Source: Camelus ferus
Lineage: Eukaryota
Reading direction: 5' to 3'
Assembly: GCF_009834535.1 (NCBI RefSeq)
Contig: NC_045697.1
Span: 51,586,001-51,650,000 of the forward strand
Length of the DNA stretch: 64,000 bases
Made by a program: the position numbers and the translations under genes. The notes beneath the pieces were generated by a model that saw only the letters and a list, made by a program, of their open reading frames with translations, did no database searches and was not told the DNA's origin. This document shows positions 1 through 13,169 of the stretch, in pieces (position 1 is the first letter of the stretch; each line of letters opens with the position of its first letter).

Positions 1-656
1 AATCATTGTATTCATTTGCTGCTTCTGTCAGACTTCAATTTATTGGAAAAGGCAAGGAATGGTGAAAGACAAAAGACTACACTAACATATTATCTATCTA
101 TATATATGCCTCCTCTTAAAAATTCAACACATTTTAGGCTTGAAACAGAGATTTAAAAAAAAAACAAACCCTTTTTTGTTTTCCAAAAATTAGGCAAAAA
201 AGATCCATGTTTTTAATAAATGAAAAACATTGTATTTGCAGCTAAGTTTTGAGTTATTGTATTAAATGCTGAAATTCACAAATGCTTGTTATAAGAGGCT
301 TTTATTTTATGGTATTACTGTCCCTCTATAGTCTTACTTTTGAATGTGTTTTCTTTCCTCTGCCAGGCCAGTGGTTATTTATCTCGGCTGTAATATAGGG
401 TCATTGGAGTACTTTTAAAAAAATAACCGTTTCCTAGAATGTGCAACTTTTAAAAACAACCCAAATTATCTGGATGCACAATATACAAAAACAATGAGAG
501 ACAATGTGAAAACCAAATATCAGGGCAGGACAACTCAGGTCTGGGCCTGAGCAGTTCCATCTCTGTGCTGGTATTCAGAAAGAGAACAGGACTGACTCCC
601 GCTCCACAAGCACTGTAGCTCCACCTACTGGGAGGACAGGCCTTTGAACATAAGTA

Positions 657-867
657 CTGTTGACCTTTGCACACATGGATCTGAACTGTGCGGGTCCACT
701 TACACGCAGAATTTTTTTCAGTAGTAGGCACCACAGTACTGCACGATACTTGGTTGGTTGAGTGTGAGGAGAAAGCACGTGTAATGAGGGCCGGCTGCAA
801 GTTAGAGGCAGATTTCTGACTGCGCCCAGGGTTAGCACCCCCTAAACTCCACAGTAAGGGTCAACTT
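657..867 (+). mobile_element. MER8-like MITE (TcMar-Tigger)
   Basis: TA|CTGTTGACCTTTG...AAGGGTCAACTT|TA: terminal inverted repeats with TA target duplication. The interior (TGAACTGTGCGGGTCCACTTACACGCAGA) resembles recalled MER8. Confidence 0.85.
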
Positions 868-1327
868 TACTCTATTTCCCGTAAATATGGTTGATTCCAT
901 TTCAGCCATCAGTAAAATAAATCTAATCTTGATTGACAACGACAAAAATTAGTTTCCAAATGCTGTGTTTTGGAAATCAAATAGAATTCTTCGTTTCTTA
1001 GTCATGGTGTGAGGTAAGGCAGATGTCAAGAAACATATCAACATATTCCTTCAAATGTTGAAGATTATTTGAAGCAGGCATTGCACTCTATCTTTACATT
1101 GTATCTCAACTTGATATTTATTCTAAAAAATTCCAACCGATACTTATTGATGATTGGAACAACTATCACACTCTCTCCTGCATTTAAGTATTTGCAAGTT
1201 CTCTGTGCATGATGCAGCTTGGACCAGTCACTCCTGCCCTTTTCTCTTCTTGTCTTTTTCTTTTTTTCCACTTCTGCTGCTTTCATGTTCCTTGAATCTG
1301 AAGTTGTGGGTGAGTAGGGAGGTGTTT

Positions 1328-1460
1328 GTACATTCCTTCATTCATCAAATATGTATTAAGTGCTTTCCATGTACCAGATACTATGCAGGTGTGGTAGGTT
1401 TGTTGGGGAGCAGAGATGTGGGAATTCCTTTCTCTCTTCACAGTTTAAGCCCAGAGGGAT
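1328..1460 (-). mobile_element. L2 LINE 3' end fragment
   Basis: CATTCCTTCATTCATCAAATATGTATTAAGTGCTTTCCATGTACCAGATACT is the typical antisense L2 tail. Confidence 0.65.
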
Positions 1461-2859
1461 GAGGACTAAAAAGTTTAATGAGATATTGGAAACAACTCAG
1501 ACCTATCCATTTCTGTGATCTGATCATCTGGTGAGAGAATGAAGATGAAAGAATTGTATTAATGTGATGATGTCTACAGTAATAGCATATTAAAGCTCTC
1601 CTACGGCTATATAAAGGGAGGGGTCCCATCCCAACCTGAGCCCAAGTTGCACCTACCACTGAGATTCATGCAAACACAGGAAAATTTATGAAGCGAATAT
1701 ACTGGGTGGTCTGAAGATATCTATTTACATGAGTTGATTAGCATGGAAGAGGTTGACTGCCAAAAAAGAGGAAAATGGGATACAGTAGAGATGCAGAAGG
1801 CAGCAAAGTATCTATTGTGAAAGTATTACTCTCCTCACACAATGTCTGAGACACAAAGAGAGACTTGAAGCAAATCCTAACCTTGAGACAAGCGGAGACT
1901 TGTTGGCAGCACACAGGCATGTGGATATGAAACAGCAGTAGGAAGAATATTCCACTACCAGCAGTTGGAAGAGTACCCCCACCCCCGGCTTAAATATAGC
2001 ACCTGAGATTGGTAATATCAGGAGAATCAGGAGGTAATAGCCTTGGCACAGTGCTAATTCTTTCTGTGCTTCCCACCATAATTTTAAAGTTAAGGCAGCC
2101 TCAAATAACTTCACAGGCAGTGGACATCAGTGAGTGAGCAGGAGGAATGGGTCAGAGTCCAGATAGTCAGTGTGATTGACAGAATGGTTGTGATACATGT
2201 GATATGCTCTCTGAGCATCAGTAAACATAAATAGGTGAAACTTCATAGGGGGATGAAGTCTTTTAAGATGTGAGTCATTGGTATTAAATGATTACACATA
2301 CATGAAAAGAGTGCTGTACAGAAGGATAGAAATATTAGACCTTTTTTAATTTGATTATCCTTTTCATTTTTCCTATTCTTTTGGGTGCATTAGAAAGAAA
2401 GATCTAAGCATCCAAAGAGCCTCAATTTTCTCCCCAACTCTATTACTCCCACCCCAACACCAAAGTAATATCGTAACTTCTCGGAGCATTTGAAAATTAA
2501 GCCTGTCTCTTTGCTTTCAAGGAAGAAAAACCAGCTTTTTGGCAATCATTTGTGTCTGGTTATCCTGTGCCACCAAGATCTATTATGGAAGCAAAGAGGA
2601 CAATTAATTGAGTAGGAGATTGAGATGGAAGGATTAGGAAACAGTGATGAAGAAACTAGACAGAGAACTGTGAGTAGGAAAAATAAGTGAGGAGGACATC
2701 AACCCATAAGACTGGAAAGCTATCCTGGAACATTTGTCCAAGAAGCAGGGGTAGAGGTTGGCGGAGAGAGACGACTGTGCAGCACCCGCCAGTTGTGGGT
2801 GAGTAGGGCGGTGACCCTAAGAAGACCACTTTGAGGTGTATGCTAATTAGAAATGATAA

Positions 2860-3250
2860 ACGACAGGAATAACCATTTATTTTTTCTTGCCAGGTTGTAA
2901 GTAGGCAGGCGGGCTCTGATGGTCTGGGCTGGGCCTGACTGATCTCAGGTAGGCTTGCTCACGGTTCTGAAATTAGCTATCAGGTTGGCCTGAGCTGGTT
3001 GATCTGGGAGACCCTTGGCTGGGATGACTCCTCGTGTGTCTCTTGTATCCCTCCACAGGCTCACCCTGGCATGTCCTCATGTCAGACTCAGGGTTCAAGA
3101 GAGGAAAAGGAAATGTGCATGTTCTTTTTTCAAGTGTCTGTTTGAGTCAAGCTTGTACTTCCCTTTGGCCAAAGCATGTCACATGGTCAAGCCCAGGGTC
3201 ACTGTGGGAGGGCACGATCAACGACGTGGGCTTAGGAAGGTGGCATTATC
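2860..3250 (-). mobile_element. MaLR solo LTR (MLT1F/G/H-like)
   Basis: Motifs TTGGCCAAAGCATGTCACATGGTCAAGCCCAG and GGCATGTCCTCATG are typical of antisense MLT1. Confidence 0.65.
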
Positions 3251-3799
3251 AAACTGCCAGGTGCCATGTGGGAGGCGGCGTCCTCCCTGTTCACACAGCA
3301 GAGATCCTCTCAGCACCTGCACTCAGGACCCGCAGGAGGTGCTCTTACCCACCGCACAACAGGCATGGCAGGAAGCCTGGCTGGCACCTACGTCTCACTT
3401 TTGCCCTCAGCTCATGATGTTTGAAAGTTTTGGTTACAATATTTTAGTTAAAATAGTTTAACAGCTAAAATATACTGGTAATGATATAATCCTTCAGGTA
3501 CATTTGGAAAAAACCCCTTAATCTCATATTTTTGAATAGTTGTAAAACCTTAGCCTCATTAATTTCTAGTTTTGGAGCAAAACTGCTTACTTAGATACTT
3601 GTCTTGTTCTTTCCATTCAGAGTGGAAGCATAAGACTATCATCTTGGACTGGCCTCATTTGAATTAATATTAACATTTTCAATACTATACAGATGTGTAC
3701 AAATGATCTATACTATCCATTTATTTTATCCAGAAAATTACTTATAAGAAGATAAAAGAAAAAAGGTTTAAAATAGTTATAAATCGTAGAAGTGAAGTT

Positions 3800-4150
3800 A
3801 CATCTATAACCAAAAATATAGGTGGATGGATGCTATTATGATACACAATATAATATTTAGTCAAAAAGAAAGTTCCAGAACATTATATACAATGTAATAC
3901 ACTTTTAAAAGTTAAAAACAGTAAAAATGAGTAATATATATTTTTAGGAATACTTATAAAATATAACTTTATTTTTAAATAAAGCATATAAAGCAAGGGA
4001 ATAATATGCACAGGAGTCAGGACAATAATCACCTTGACTGAGAGTTGAAGGTGGACAGGATGAAGGAGAAGTACAGGGAGATACCAGTTTTTGTTATAAG
4101 TCTAGCTCTTATGATGGGTATAGGGGTACACAGGCCTGTTATTATTAAAA
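3800..4150 (+). mobile_element. Ancient L1 (L1ME/MC-like) 3' UTR fragment
   Basis: A-rich segment ending in CAGGACAATAATCACCTTG...GGGGTACACAGG, resembling old L1M 3' ends. Confidence 0.5.
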
Positions 4151-4340
4151 ATGTATTCATACATATGTACCAAGGGGGCCATATATAGACCAATGGTGAG
4201 TGTGTCATGAACCAGAGATTATGATTAATTCAACTCTGTACATCTTGAGTATATTAAACAAACAAACAAACCCAGCTTTACTTAAAAGAAGGTTTAGATG
4301 GTCAAGATGAATTAATTTCGAAGATACATAGCATGCCATA

Positions 4341-4367
4341 TGTGTGTGTGTGTGTGTGTGTGTGTGT
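4341..4367 (+). repeat. (TG)n microsatellite
   Basis: About 13 TG units read directly. Confidence 0.95.
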
Positions 4368-6269
4368 ATCTTCCTACCTCTTTTTAAAATGCCTTCTCTT
4401 TTTTCCTTAATGCCTTTCAAGAAATGGGTTTGGTATATATAAACTATTCAATATGAAATATCTTTAAAATTCACTAGTCTCTAACTACAACAAGTACCTA
4501 AACTATCAATACCAGTGATCATAAATCTTACCCCCTTTTAATTTGGTTCAGCAAACTACCAGTAAGACATGAATTTTTAGAAACTTTGGTTTATTTCCAC
4601 ATTAGCCATTCTATGACAATTTTACACACAAAGTTAGTTTTCAATGTCCTATCATTTGGCTGCCGTGGCTAATGATATTACACAGATGTAGCAAGTTTAT
4701 TTTTCTTAGATTTTAGAAAAACAAGGAGAAAGACTAGATCTTGGTTACTATTCACTTGAAATTTCTATTTAAATAATGAAGAAAAAACAACAAAAGCAAA
4801 CTGTTTACAAATGATGGCAACCAATACCAGCAAGACAAATAGAAACCATGGAAGTGAACCAACGCTGACTGTTCATTGACTAAATTGTGTCAGTTTTATC
4901 GCAGACAGGGAGAAATTATCACTATGTACTCCACCGCCACAATCCCAAATAAATGGGAGGGATATGAGTGCTGTGAGAGACTTGAGAAAACAGAACCAAG
5001 CACTCACCCTGAAGGCAATGGCAGATGTTTCCCCTCAAAGATGATTACAACTGGGAAGCAATTAGTGGCAGTAAGATCCTCCAGAGAATTCCCTCATTTA
5101 AGAAGATGCTTAAAAGAACTTATTTACAGAGGCACAACTGTCTCTGTGTGATACTAAAATTAAGCTGAATTAATTCCTCAAGGAATTGACCATAAGGAAT
5201 GCTCCAGTGAAATGGTAGCCTGGGAACTTGAGTATTATGAATTAGACAACAGAGGAATCTTTTTAGAAGACAGTTGCCCAGTGGTTCACAAAGTTCACTA
5301 GAGATAGTCAGGGCAATTACGGGAGCAGTGGGACGAGACATCTAAGAAGTCTGCTTGTGAAGGTTGCTTTCATTTCTGTAACATTAATTGCTTGTAAGGA
5401 AAGAATACAAGTGTATTATATTCTACTTTGCTCCAAAGGGTCTGCCTTCTGGAATATGTTCATAAATGGTAATATACATATGAATGCTATATATATTTAT
5501 GAATGCTATATTCATACAGAAAGTGAATCTACTCTCAAATAGACTACGATGACTTTGAGTTTAATGCCTCTCTAGATTAAAAAAATATGTTTATATATAC
5601 CTATCATTTCCCTTCCTGAATCTGTGCAAGCTTTCTAAGTGAAGTAGAAATTAAATGTGAGATTTTGGGGGCTTGTCTCACCACCGACTTCAAGGAAGGT
5701 AAAAATTTGGGGACTTGTCAGCACATGCACAAAATGTCTGTATTCTTCTGTCTGTATGTGTGTGTGTCAAAGGAGCTGGTAACCTCAGAGAGCAGAGCAA
5801 TAAGCATGGTGATAAGATACCATGATATGGTCTTTCCAAAGCGATGACAGACCCATTAATGGATGGCAGGACTCTGAAATCAGCTCTTTCTTGGCTGTGG
5901 CAGCAATTGCTGATGCCCACAGGGGTCGTATCAGAGTCAGTGTGGAATGGTGCACATTGACAAAGTTCATATATGCCCTGGAACAAACTGATGACTGTCA
6001 CGAACACTAAACCAGGATAAGCTAGGACTGAGAATTTTCAAAAGAATCAGGCTTCAGTAAGAGTATGGAGCAAACCCAAACGTAGAGCATTCTTGGATCT
6101 TATGAGGGAGTCAAAATAAACACCTAATTAATCATGAGAAAGTGTAGAACAGAAGTTTTTTAGGTAACAAACCTAGGAAGTAAGATTTGATTAAAAAAAA
6201 AAAAGTGCTGGGTGTGGACCCCTAGAAGAGTAGCTTTCACAGGAACCAGGTTCCTTCAAGTCAGTGTCT

Positions 6270-7950
6270 ACCAGGTGGGTCTGTGGAGCCAGCAGACCCA
6301 TTAGGAGTTGAACGTGGGCCACTCCATTACCTAGCACACACATAATGATCAGAGTATAGTAGCACTTTGGGTATCTGAATATGAATGTCAATTGAGACCC
6401 CATATCTAATAATCCTTGAAACAACTGGGTATTATTCTTTCTCCAATTCATAATTACCCAAGTAAATGTCATAGGCTCTGGTCTTTCGGGATCTGTCCTT
6501 ATAGGGATCTGGCTTCTCCTTGAACAAATGGGTTCTGAGTCGGGAAACTGACTAACATACGGAAACTGGGCCAAGGATTGTGGCTTTTTTATTGAGCAGC
6601 TTCCTAACCATCCTTCTTCAATTTTTGTCATTATGTAAATTAAGCAATACCTATGTTGGCTACTTATCCATCAAGTCTCTAGGAAGACCATATATTTTTA
6701 ACTATCTCCATAGTTTTCCATAGTTTGGGGCACTCCTGGCTACCACTTCGACCATGCTTCTCATTGCAATAATTGTACCCACTTTCGTCTCATGGTTAAG
6801 TACCATCACCTGGCCTCTATTATTAGGGGAGCTTAGTTCTGTAATATCTTCTACCCTTGCCTCTGTTCTACAGAGGATGCTACCACTGGACTTCTAAACC
6901 CTGCTGGTGCCCCTCTCGCCACTACTTTCATTATCCCTTTGGTAAAGTTATCTCTGGTCCTGCTACAGAACATATTTAGCTGGTGTGTTTTCTAGCTTTT
7001 TGTAGTATATCTACGGTATCCTATCCACCTTTCTGAGCATGTTTATCTATTTCTCTACTATCTAGCACAATAGTTCTATCATTTACATTTCACTGATAGT
7101 GAGCCATGGCTTTTTTCAAGCTTCTAAGAGCTATGCTAGTGAAGTATTAACTCTAATTCCCGGAGTCTTTGCCTTTGTATTAAATTCTGTATTATGACAG
7201 CATTATCCCATTTCAATTGACTCTCCCTTACCCAGCTTAATGTTTCACTCCTTTTATCTAGAACCTTCAAGAGACCTTCAAGTTCATCACATAATTTCCA
7301 AGCTCCTTCCAAGATGTGTCAGTCAGATACTATAGCAACTTCAGTGTAAATTCCCTCTACTCTCTTATCCCAAATTGGGCCAGACTTGGATTTTATCCTT
7401 GTTATTGTCTTGGTTGCCAGGAGAGGATATGGAGGTAGATCTTGAGGGGACAAGCATTATCTTTGCTAAGGCTCTTGCCTTATTTGAGACCTGTGCACGA
7501 TCTCAAGCAATGGGCCTTAAAGCAAAATCTTTTATGCAGATCTGGCAGGTTTGTGGATATTTGGGAATTTAAGGGTTTTAATGCATCTCCCCAGATATCT
7601 CCATCCCAAGTCCCTGTGTCCTGTTCCTTCCTGATTTTGGCCCTGACCTTGACATGGAAGACCTGCTGGTGATGAGAATTCAGTCTTCTATGAAGCTGTG
7701 CTGCTCTTACAGCTGTCCTGAGCCTGTTCCTTAATTTTCTATTCCTCATCTGCAAGAGATTATAAATTTTATTAAATGCTGCCTGGACACCCTGTGGTTT
7801 TTGAATTTTACATTGACTTGATTGTATTTTATTTATCACCCTCTGTCTCTCATTCTCTCTTCAGTGACTCAGTGGTGCTCAGTAGTTTACTTTTTCCCTC
7901 ATACCTCAAGCATCAGAGAGTGAGACCTTGCAAGTGAGTTGGCCATGTCT
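6270..7950 (-). mobile_element. ERVL-class (HERV16/ERV3-16A3-like) gag-protease relic, frame-disrupted
   Basis: Minus ORF 6191-6631 contains NTQLFQGLLDMGSQLTFI...VAHVQLLMGLLAPQTH, resembling ERVL protease (FRGLLDTGSELTLI). Minus ORF 7480-7839 contains VKVRAKIRKEQDTGTWDGDIW, resembling ERVL Gag (VRALIGKEWDPxTWxGDVW). Many stops lie between them. Confidence 0.85.
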
Positions 7951-7954
7951 TCTA

Positions 7955-8360
7955 ATCATGGCTAGACATTGACTAGCGGGCAGAAAAGAATATGTTTGGT
8001 GCTTAGTTAATCACCGAGGTGCCTCTTGGTGCTCCCGTGCCCAGTTTTAACAGTGAACAGTCAAGAACAGCAGCCATGGTTTACAAACAGTCATGTAAGC
8101 TGGAGTTCAGACACCTCAGGGATGAGGCTATGGGTTGCCCCACCAGCAGACAGAAGTGGAGGTGAGGGAATCTAGACTGACTAGGGGAAGAGGAGAGCGA
8201 TAAGCTTCAGTTACTGGTTGGAGATCCATTACAGTCTTGAAATGTAGTTACTACACTTGCTAACTCTCTTTTTATGTTTCCCCTGGAAACTTGGAGAAGC
8301 TGCCCCAGATGGGCACGCTTGCTGTAAGAGCAAGTGGATCTGAGCAGGAAAAGACAGTCT
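7955..8360 (+). mobile_element. ERVL-class internal 3' end, up to the PPT region
   Basis: CCTCTTGGTGCTCCCGTGCCCAGTTTTAAC...CAGACACCTCAGGGATGAGGCTATGGGTTGCCCCACCAG...GCAAGTGGATCTGAGCAG matches the recalled HERV16/ERVL 3' internal sequence. Confidence 0.7.
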
Positions 8361-8620
8361 TGCAGTGCATCCCAAATGTCTGGGTATTCAGCCCAGAGTT
8401 CTCTTCAAAGAAACATACTTATCCTTGCCTGCTGATAAGTATAGCTACTAACTACTCATATATATGCCCCTCGCTGCGCATAGCTCTCAGCTGTAGGGAA
8501 CTGCTGTGTCTAAGATCATATAGCTTCAAAGGGCGTGGCTGCAGTCAATGACTGTCTGATGTGGGAATACAAAAGCCCAAGTCCTTTGCCTCAATTTGGG
8601 ACAATTTTGAAAGGTCATTT
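8361..8620 (+). mobile_element. LTR16C-like LTR, 3'-truncated
   Basis: CAATGACTGTCTGATGTGGGAATACAAAAGCCCAAGTCCTTTGCCTCAATTTGGGACAATTTTGAAAGG resembles the LTR16 core and directly follows the ERVL 3' end. Confidence 0.75.
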
Positions 8621-8819
8621 TGCTAAATTGAAACAATAAATTTCTATCTTGGTTTGCCTCTGCTAGTTGAAAATTTTTTTAACTCATGGACAAGATTATT
8701 CTCTGAACTATCTATATTATATAGTAAGAAGTAACTGAAATGTTCATAAATTCCCACAAAATGTATTACATTGTATTAGTACATTCTCATAACATGTTGT
8801 TGCCATACAACTATTGCAC

Positions 8820-9547
8820 CTACTAAAACTTAGGTTTAATTTAACTCACTTTCATTTAATAAAATTTACAGAATGACAAACCTTCTTTATTTCCTCTGTA
8901 AAAGTCTGAGTCCTGTAGCTTCCTGAGTGCTTATGGCCTGTAATCAAATCTCTTATATATTTATGTACTATAGCTTCCACTTCTTAAGGTATACTTTTGT
9001 TTATTCCCCCAAATTTTATGCCAGTTGTAGTCGTTATTTTAATGACAGAATTTAACTAAATATTCATGTAAATCAATAAAATATGAATGGGAAATAGAAG
9101 AGAAATATTTGTATGAAAATTAAACTAAATACTTTGGAATGACCCAATAAACAGAAACAGTTGAAAATGATGTCAAATTAGGTGTTGGTAAGATATTTAG
9201 AAAAGATTATAAAACCTTGGAAATCTAAAAGGATTTAACATGCTTTTTGCTTCTCTAAAGTCTTTAAATTCCTGTATCTTTTAAAAAACTAAAACTGGAA
9301 AGCTTAGTCAGTGTTACGAGTATGGTTTTTGCAAGAAAGGCCAGATGAAATTCCCATCAGGGGATACATTCTCAAGGGACTGGATTTCTCCTCACACCAA
9401 ACGATTCAAACTTGAATATGTATTTATCTGCTTTAACATAAAATGTTTATAATACCTATAATTTTTTGTTGTTCCCTAAGTTGACTACTTTACTGATTCA
9501 TCAGTTAACTACCAGACTCAATTACATTAACAAAGTATTTCTATTGT
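8820..9547 (+). mobile_element. Ancient Tigger element (Tigger13/15-like) with decayed transposase N-terminus
   Basis: 9083-9380 resembles decayed coding sequence for the pogo/CENP-B-type DNA-binding region (ACTAAATACTTTGGAA, AAATTAGGTGTTGG, TGGTTTTTGCAAGAAAGG, CCCATCAGGGGATACATTCTCAAGG). The element ends in TTCTATTG|TA. Confidence 0.6.
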
Positions 9548-11254
9548 ACTTCAAACATTTATTTTATTTATAATATACAAAGTTAATTAAGTTCAGTAGG
9601 TGAATAAATTGCTTGCTTTTGCTTCTGACTCTTAACTGGATTTCAGGCTTCTGGTTGAACTTATGATGATTTATCTGAAGATGGGAGAAAACTCTGACTT
9701 TATCATGCATGTTCTAATAGCCATACTTGGAGGTTTAGTGTATGAAGACATAGTATGGCCAAATGAATTTTCTGTGTTGGCAATTTTTTGCAGTGTGAAG
9801 CTTTTCCATGTGATTGTACGTGTTAGTTATTTCTACAATTACTTGTGAATTCTAGAGAATTTTTTTTTTATCCACCATGTAACTAACTTACCCTTATTTT
9901 CCCAGCAGCAGTTGACCAGTGATAAACTAGTTGCAGGAACAATTGCAGCAGGCCTCAGTTCTGCTTTGGAACACAATAGTTAGCTTTACCTGTGTAAGAA
10001 AAAGGAAGTCTGCTGGAGGACACCTTCCTGACGTACCATTGAATTTCAGAATGTTCATCTGTACAATTTAGGGTGTATATATGGGTGTTCTTTTTCTGAC
10101 ATAATTCTGTCTTGTCATTTCATTACCGAGCAGATAGCATCTCACACTTGAGGGGTACACCTGAACAACCAGGTTGTGGCAGCCCAGCACATCTTACAAT
10201 TCAGAAGGTTAATAGCAAGTGTGTGGGTGCCATTTGCTCTGAAATCAAGGGGGTGTAGTTATTAATATAGCATAATACATACCTAACCAATTATGGTATT
10301 AGAAGAAAACCCGACTTCCGGAAGGAGGCTCCTTCACAGATTTTACAGACAAAGCTAAGTATGTGGTGGGAGGATTACCAAATGGTAGAGTGTCAGCTCT
10401 ACAGTTTAACTCTTAAATCACCAGCCTGGGAATAGCTTTATCAAGTTTCTCTCTCCATTTCTGTGTTGATTTAACAGTAGAAATTATTCTCAGATGGCCC
10501 AAATCCAGTTGCTGCAAAGAGTTGGAGACCTACAAAAACTGACATTTATAACTATTTCACATTATCATTTTTTCCCCCAAATTAGCAGACTTTTGGCTTA
10601 GTTTTTGGAACCAAATTATACCTGGCACACTAATGATTCTTATATCTTTCTCCTTTTATATGTGTACAAAAGGACAACCTACCCTAAGTACCTTCTATAA
10701 AAGATCCTCTGGCATCTTGCAGACACTTATAATGGTTATTATAACATTTTTCCTTCTGAACAATTTAAAAAATTTATAAGAAGCATCTGACAGATGCCAC
10801 GGAGCTGACTCCACACTCTGCCAGCGTTAGGAGAGACTGCTGTGGTGGAGTGAATATTGGATGGAGGTGAGGAAGACTTAATTACCAAATAATTACCCTT
10901 AAAGCTATAGGGATAAATAACTTTGCCAAGTGGCAGTGGAACTCCGAATATTTGGGGTCACCTACATATACAAGAATATTATGTGCTATGTGTGCAAGGG
11001 CATAGCTGTCCTTAAATAGCTGAGATAAAAAGTAATTCTTAACCCACAGGAGGCATGCAGGCACTTGGTGTGCGGCAGGCTTGACAGGGCTTCTCTGGGA
11101 TATTTTCTAGAGCTGGAAAAAAAGAAAGGTTTTTTTTTTGAAATAGCATTCATAAGGTATTTGCTAGTTGTTTGATTTGGTAGCACCCTGAGCACATGTC
11201 TGTCATATCATTTACCACATAACATTAAAATGGCTTGTAGGTCCACCTAAAGTT

Positions 11255-11430
11255 TAAGAACACAGGCTGTAGAAACTCTAAAGTGCTGCTTGAGATGGTC
11301 TTTTCTCTCTGGCACCTATAATTGTTCTGTGCCTCAGTTTTCTTCACTGTAAAATGGGGTAGGTTGAGGTGAGCTACATGTATGCATGTGAAGCATATCA
11401 GATGCAGACACTACTCAGTGCACCTTAGCT
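11255..11430 (+). mobile_element. MIR SINE
   Basis: Core TCTGTGCCTCAGTTTTCTTCACTGTAAAATGGGG. Confidence 0.75.
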
Positions 11431-12212
11431 GTTGTCTTCATACGCCTGTTCCTTCTGCTAGGACGAGGCTGGGAGGTCCTCTAGGGAAGTTGCCCTGCAA
11501 ATACTTCTGTTTGTATTATCAGTGAGTGTGCATGAGAGAGTTTTGTTTTTAATTGGAAAGACCATCTTGTATTGTGAGTTTTCTTTCCCTTTCTGGCATT
11601 TGATAGATAACTGGTGTTGTGCTGGGGATTAGTGGGGGAGGAGTGGATCAGAGTGACATGGCAGAAACAGGCTGGCAGCTTGATGCTCACACTGACAAGT
11701 TTTCTGTTTCCTGTCTTCCTCCTCCGCATGCCTGCTGTGCAGCTCAGAAAGAATGAAAGAATAAAAGAAGAATGACAGTGGCCTCTGGGTTAGAATTGAA
11801 TACATGGGAACATGGGAGGTGATGTGAGAAAGAGAATGGAGAGATCTAGCTATTAAAAATCTATAAAATGAAATTTTAGAAGCATTACAGCTATTGATTT
11901 CTCATCTAGCCCTAAGGACAAATTAATCTTGATGAAATTTCTCAGTCGGTTTGGGGTTAATGGATCCTCATGGAAATCAGACAAATGGAATCAGAAAGTT
12001 ACAATTAAATACCAGGCCTCAAGGGCATCTGTTGTATAGTCCCCAGTTGTGTCAATACGGTTTTCTTTATCTCTCAGTCTGTGTTGTGTCATTGATTATT
12101 TTGCACTTATTATGTCACAGCAGACATTACAGGATCATGACTTATTCATCTTTTTATTCTCAGCATTCAGCATGACATCTTGCAAATAATAGGTACACAA
12201 TGTGTCTGAAGA

Positions 12213-12330
12213 CAGAAAAATAAGAGGAAGGGTAGGACAAGGAAAAGAAAGGAAAGAAAGGAAGAAAGGCGGGAAGACAGGAAGTTAAAAAGGAAGGTAG
12301 GGAAGGAGAAAAGGAGGGAAAAAGGGAAAT
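12213..12330 (+). repeat. Purine-rich (GGAA/GAAA) low-complexity tract after an L2 tail
   Basis: Almost pure A/G, read directly. Confidence 0.85.
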
Positions 12331-13169
12331 TCAGGCTAGTGCTTAATTTTATAACTGATGTAAATGACTGCAGACAAATTCTCTTCTTAAAGAGCTCTAG
12401 GAAAGAGTATCACATAATCTTTCCCAATAATATATTCCAGAGAGTAGCAATTATTTGAACAGAGATGTTATGAAGACCATAGATCTTTATATAATCTAAT
12501 CTTTATTCTGGAAGAGCAAGTTTTAGAAATATAAGAAATGTATGAAAGGGAACTAATCTGATTAAATGTAGACAGTACATATATCAAAGAAATGTGCAAT
12601 AGTTAGGGGGAAGAAAGGAAATGTGATCCAACAAACATTTTACATAACGCAACTGAAAAGCTATTGTATTATTCATCAAAGTTCCTTCCAAAGTACAAAT
12701 ACGAGCGTTTCACCTATTTTCAGTTCCCTGGTACATTATATAAACTAAACCACTGCAGTTTTGTTAAACCAGAACACCTTTCAAAGTTTTCTTAGCCTCC
12801 GGAGGTTGATGAATTATTTATTGTTAAGCAATTTGGTTGCCAGAAGGAGACAGTCTAATGAGATTTTGGAAGCTAAATATGAATAGTCTCATGATTTTGA
12901 AAGAAAATAGTGTACTTGTTGAGAAGTGGATTACTCAGATTCAATGATTAGCTCAGCAATGTGCCACTTTGCACATATATTGCTAACTATCCTAATAACT
13001 TCAGCTTACAAGGGAGAGGCAGCACTTGCCACTGCTGTTTCTATCAGCACTCATGGAAAAATCTTTTTTGAAAAGTTTGATATTGTAAATATCTGCCAGA
13101 GGTAACTGATGATGAAGGAAAACACAATTCCTTCATAAATCTATTAATTGAAAATAAGGTGTCAAAGGT

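Noticed and set aside
3015..3461. Long ORFs of 148 and 127 aa
   Set aside because: They lie largely within an antisense MLT1 LTR and appear to be incidental open frames.
5008..5375. Minus-strand exon candidate with a strong donor (AGG|GTGAGT at 5008/5007)
   Set aside because: The acceptor is mediocre, all frames contain stops and no partner exon was identified.
5690..6010. Three overlapping ORFs on both strands with exon-like composition
   Set aside because: No recognisable protein similarity and only weak splice sites. It cannot be supported without a homology search.
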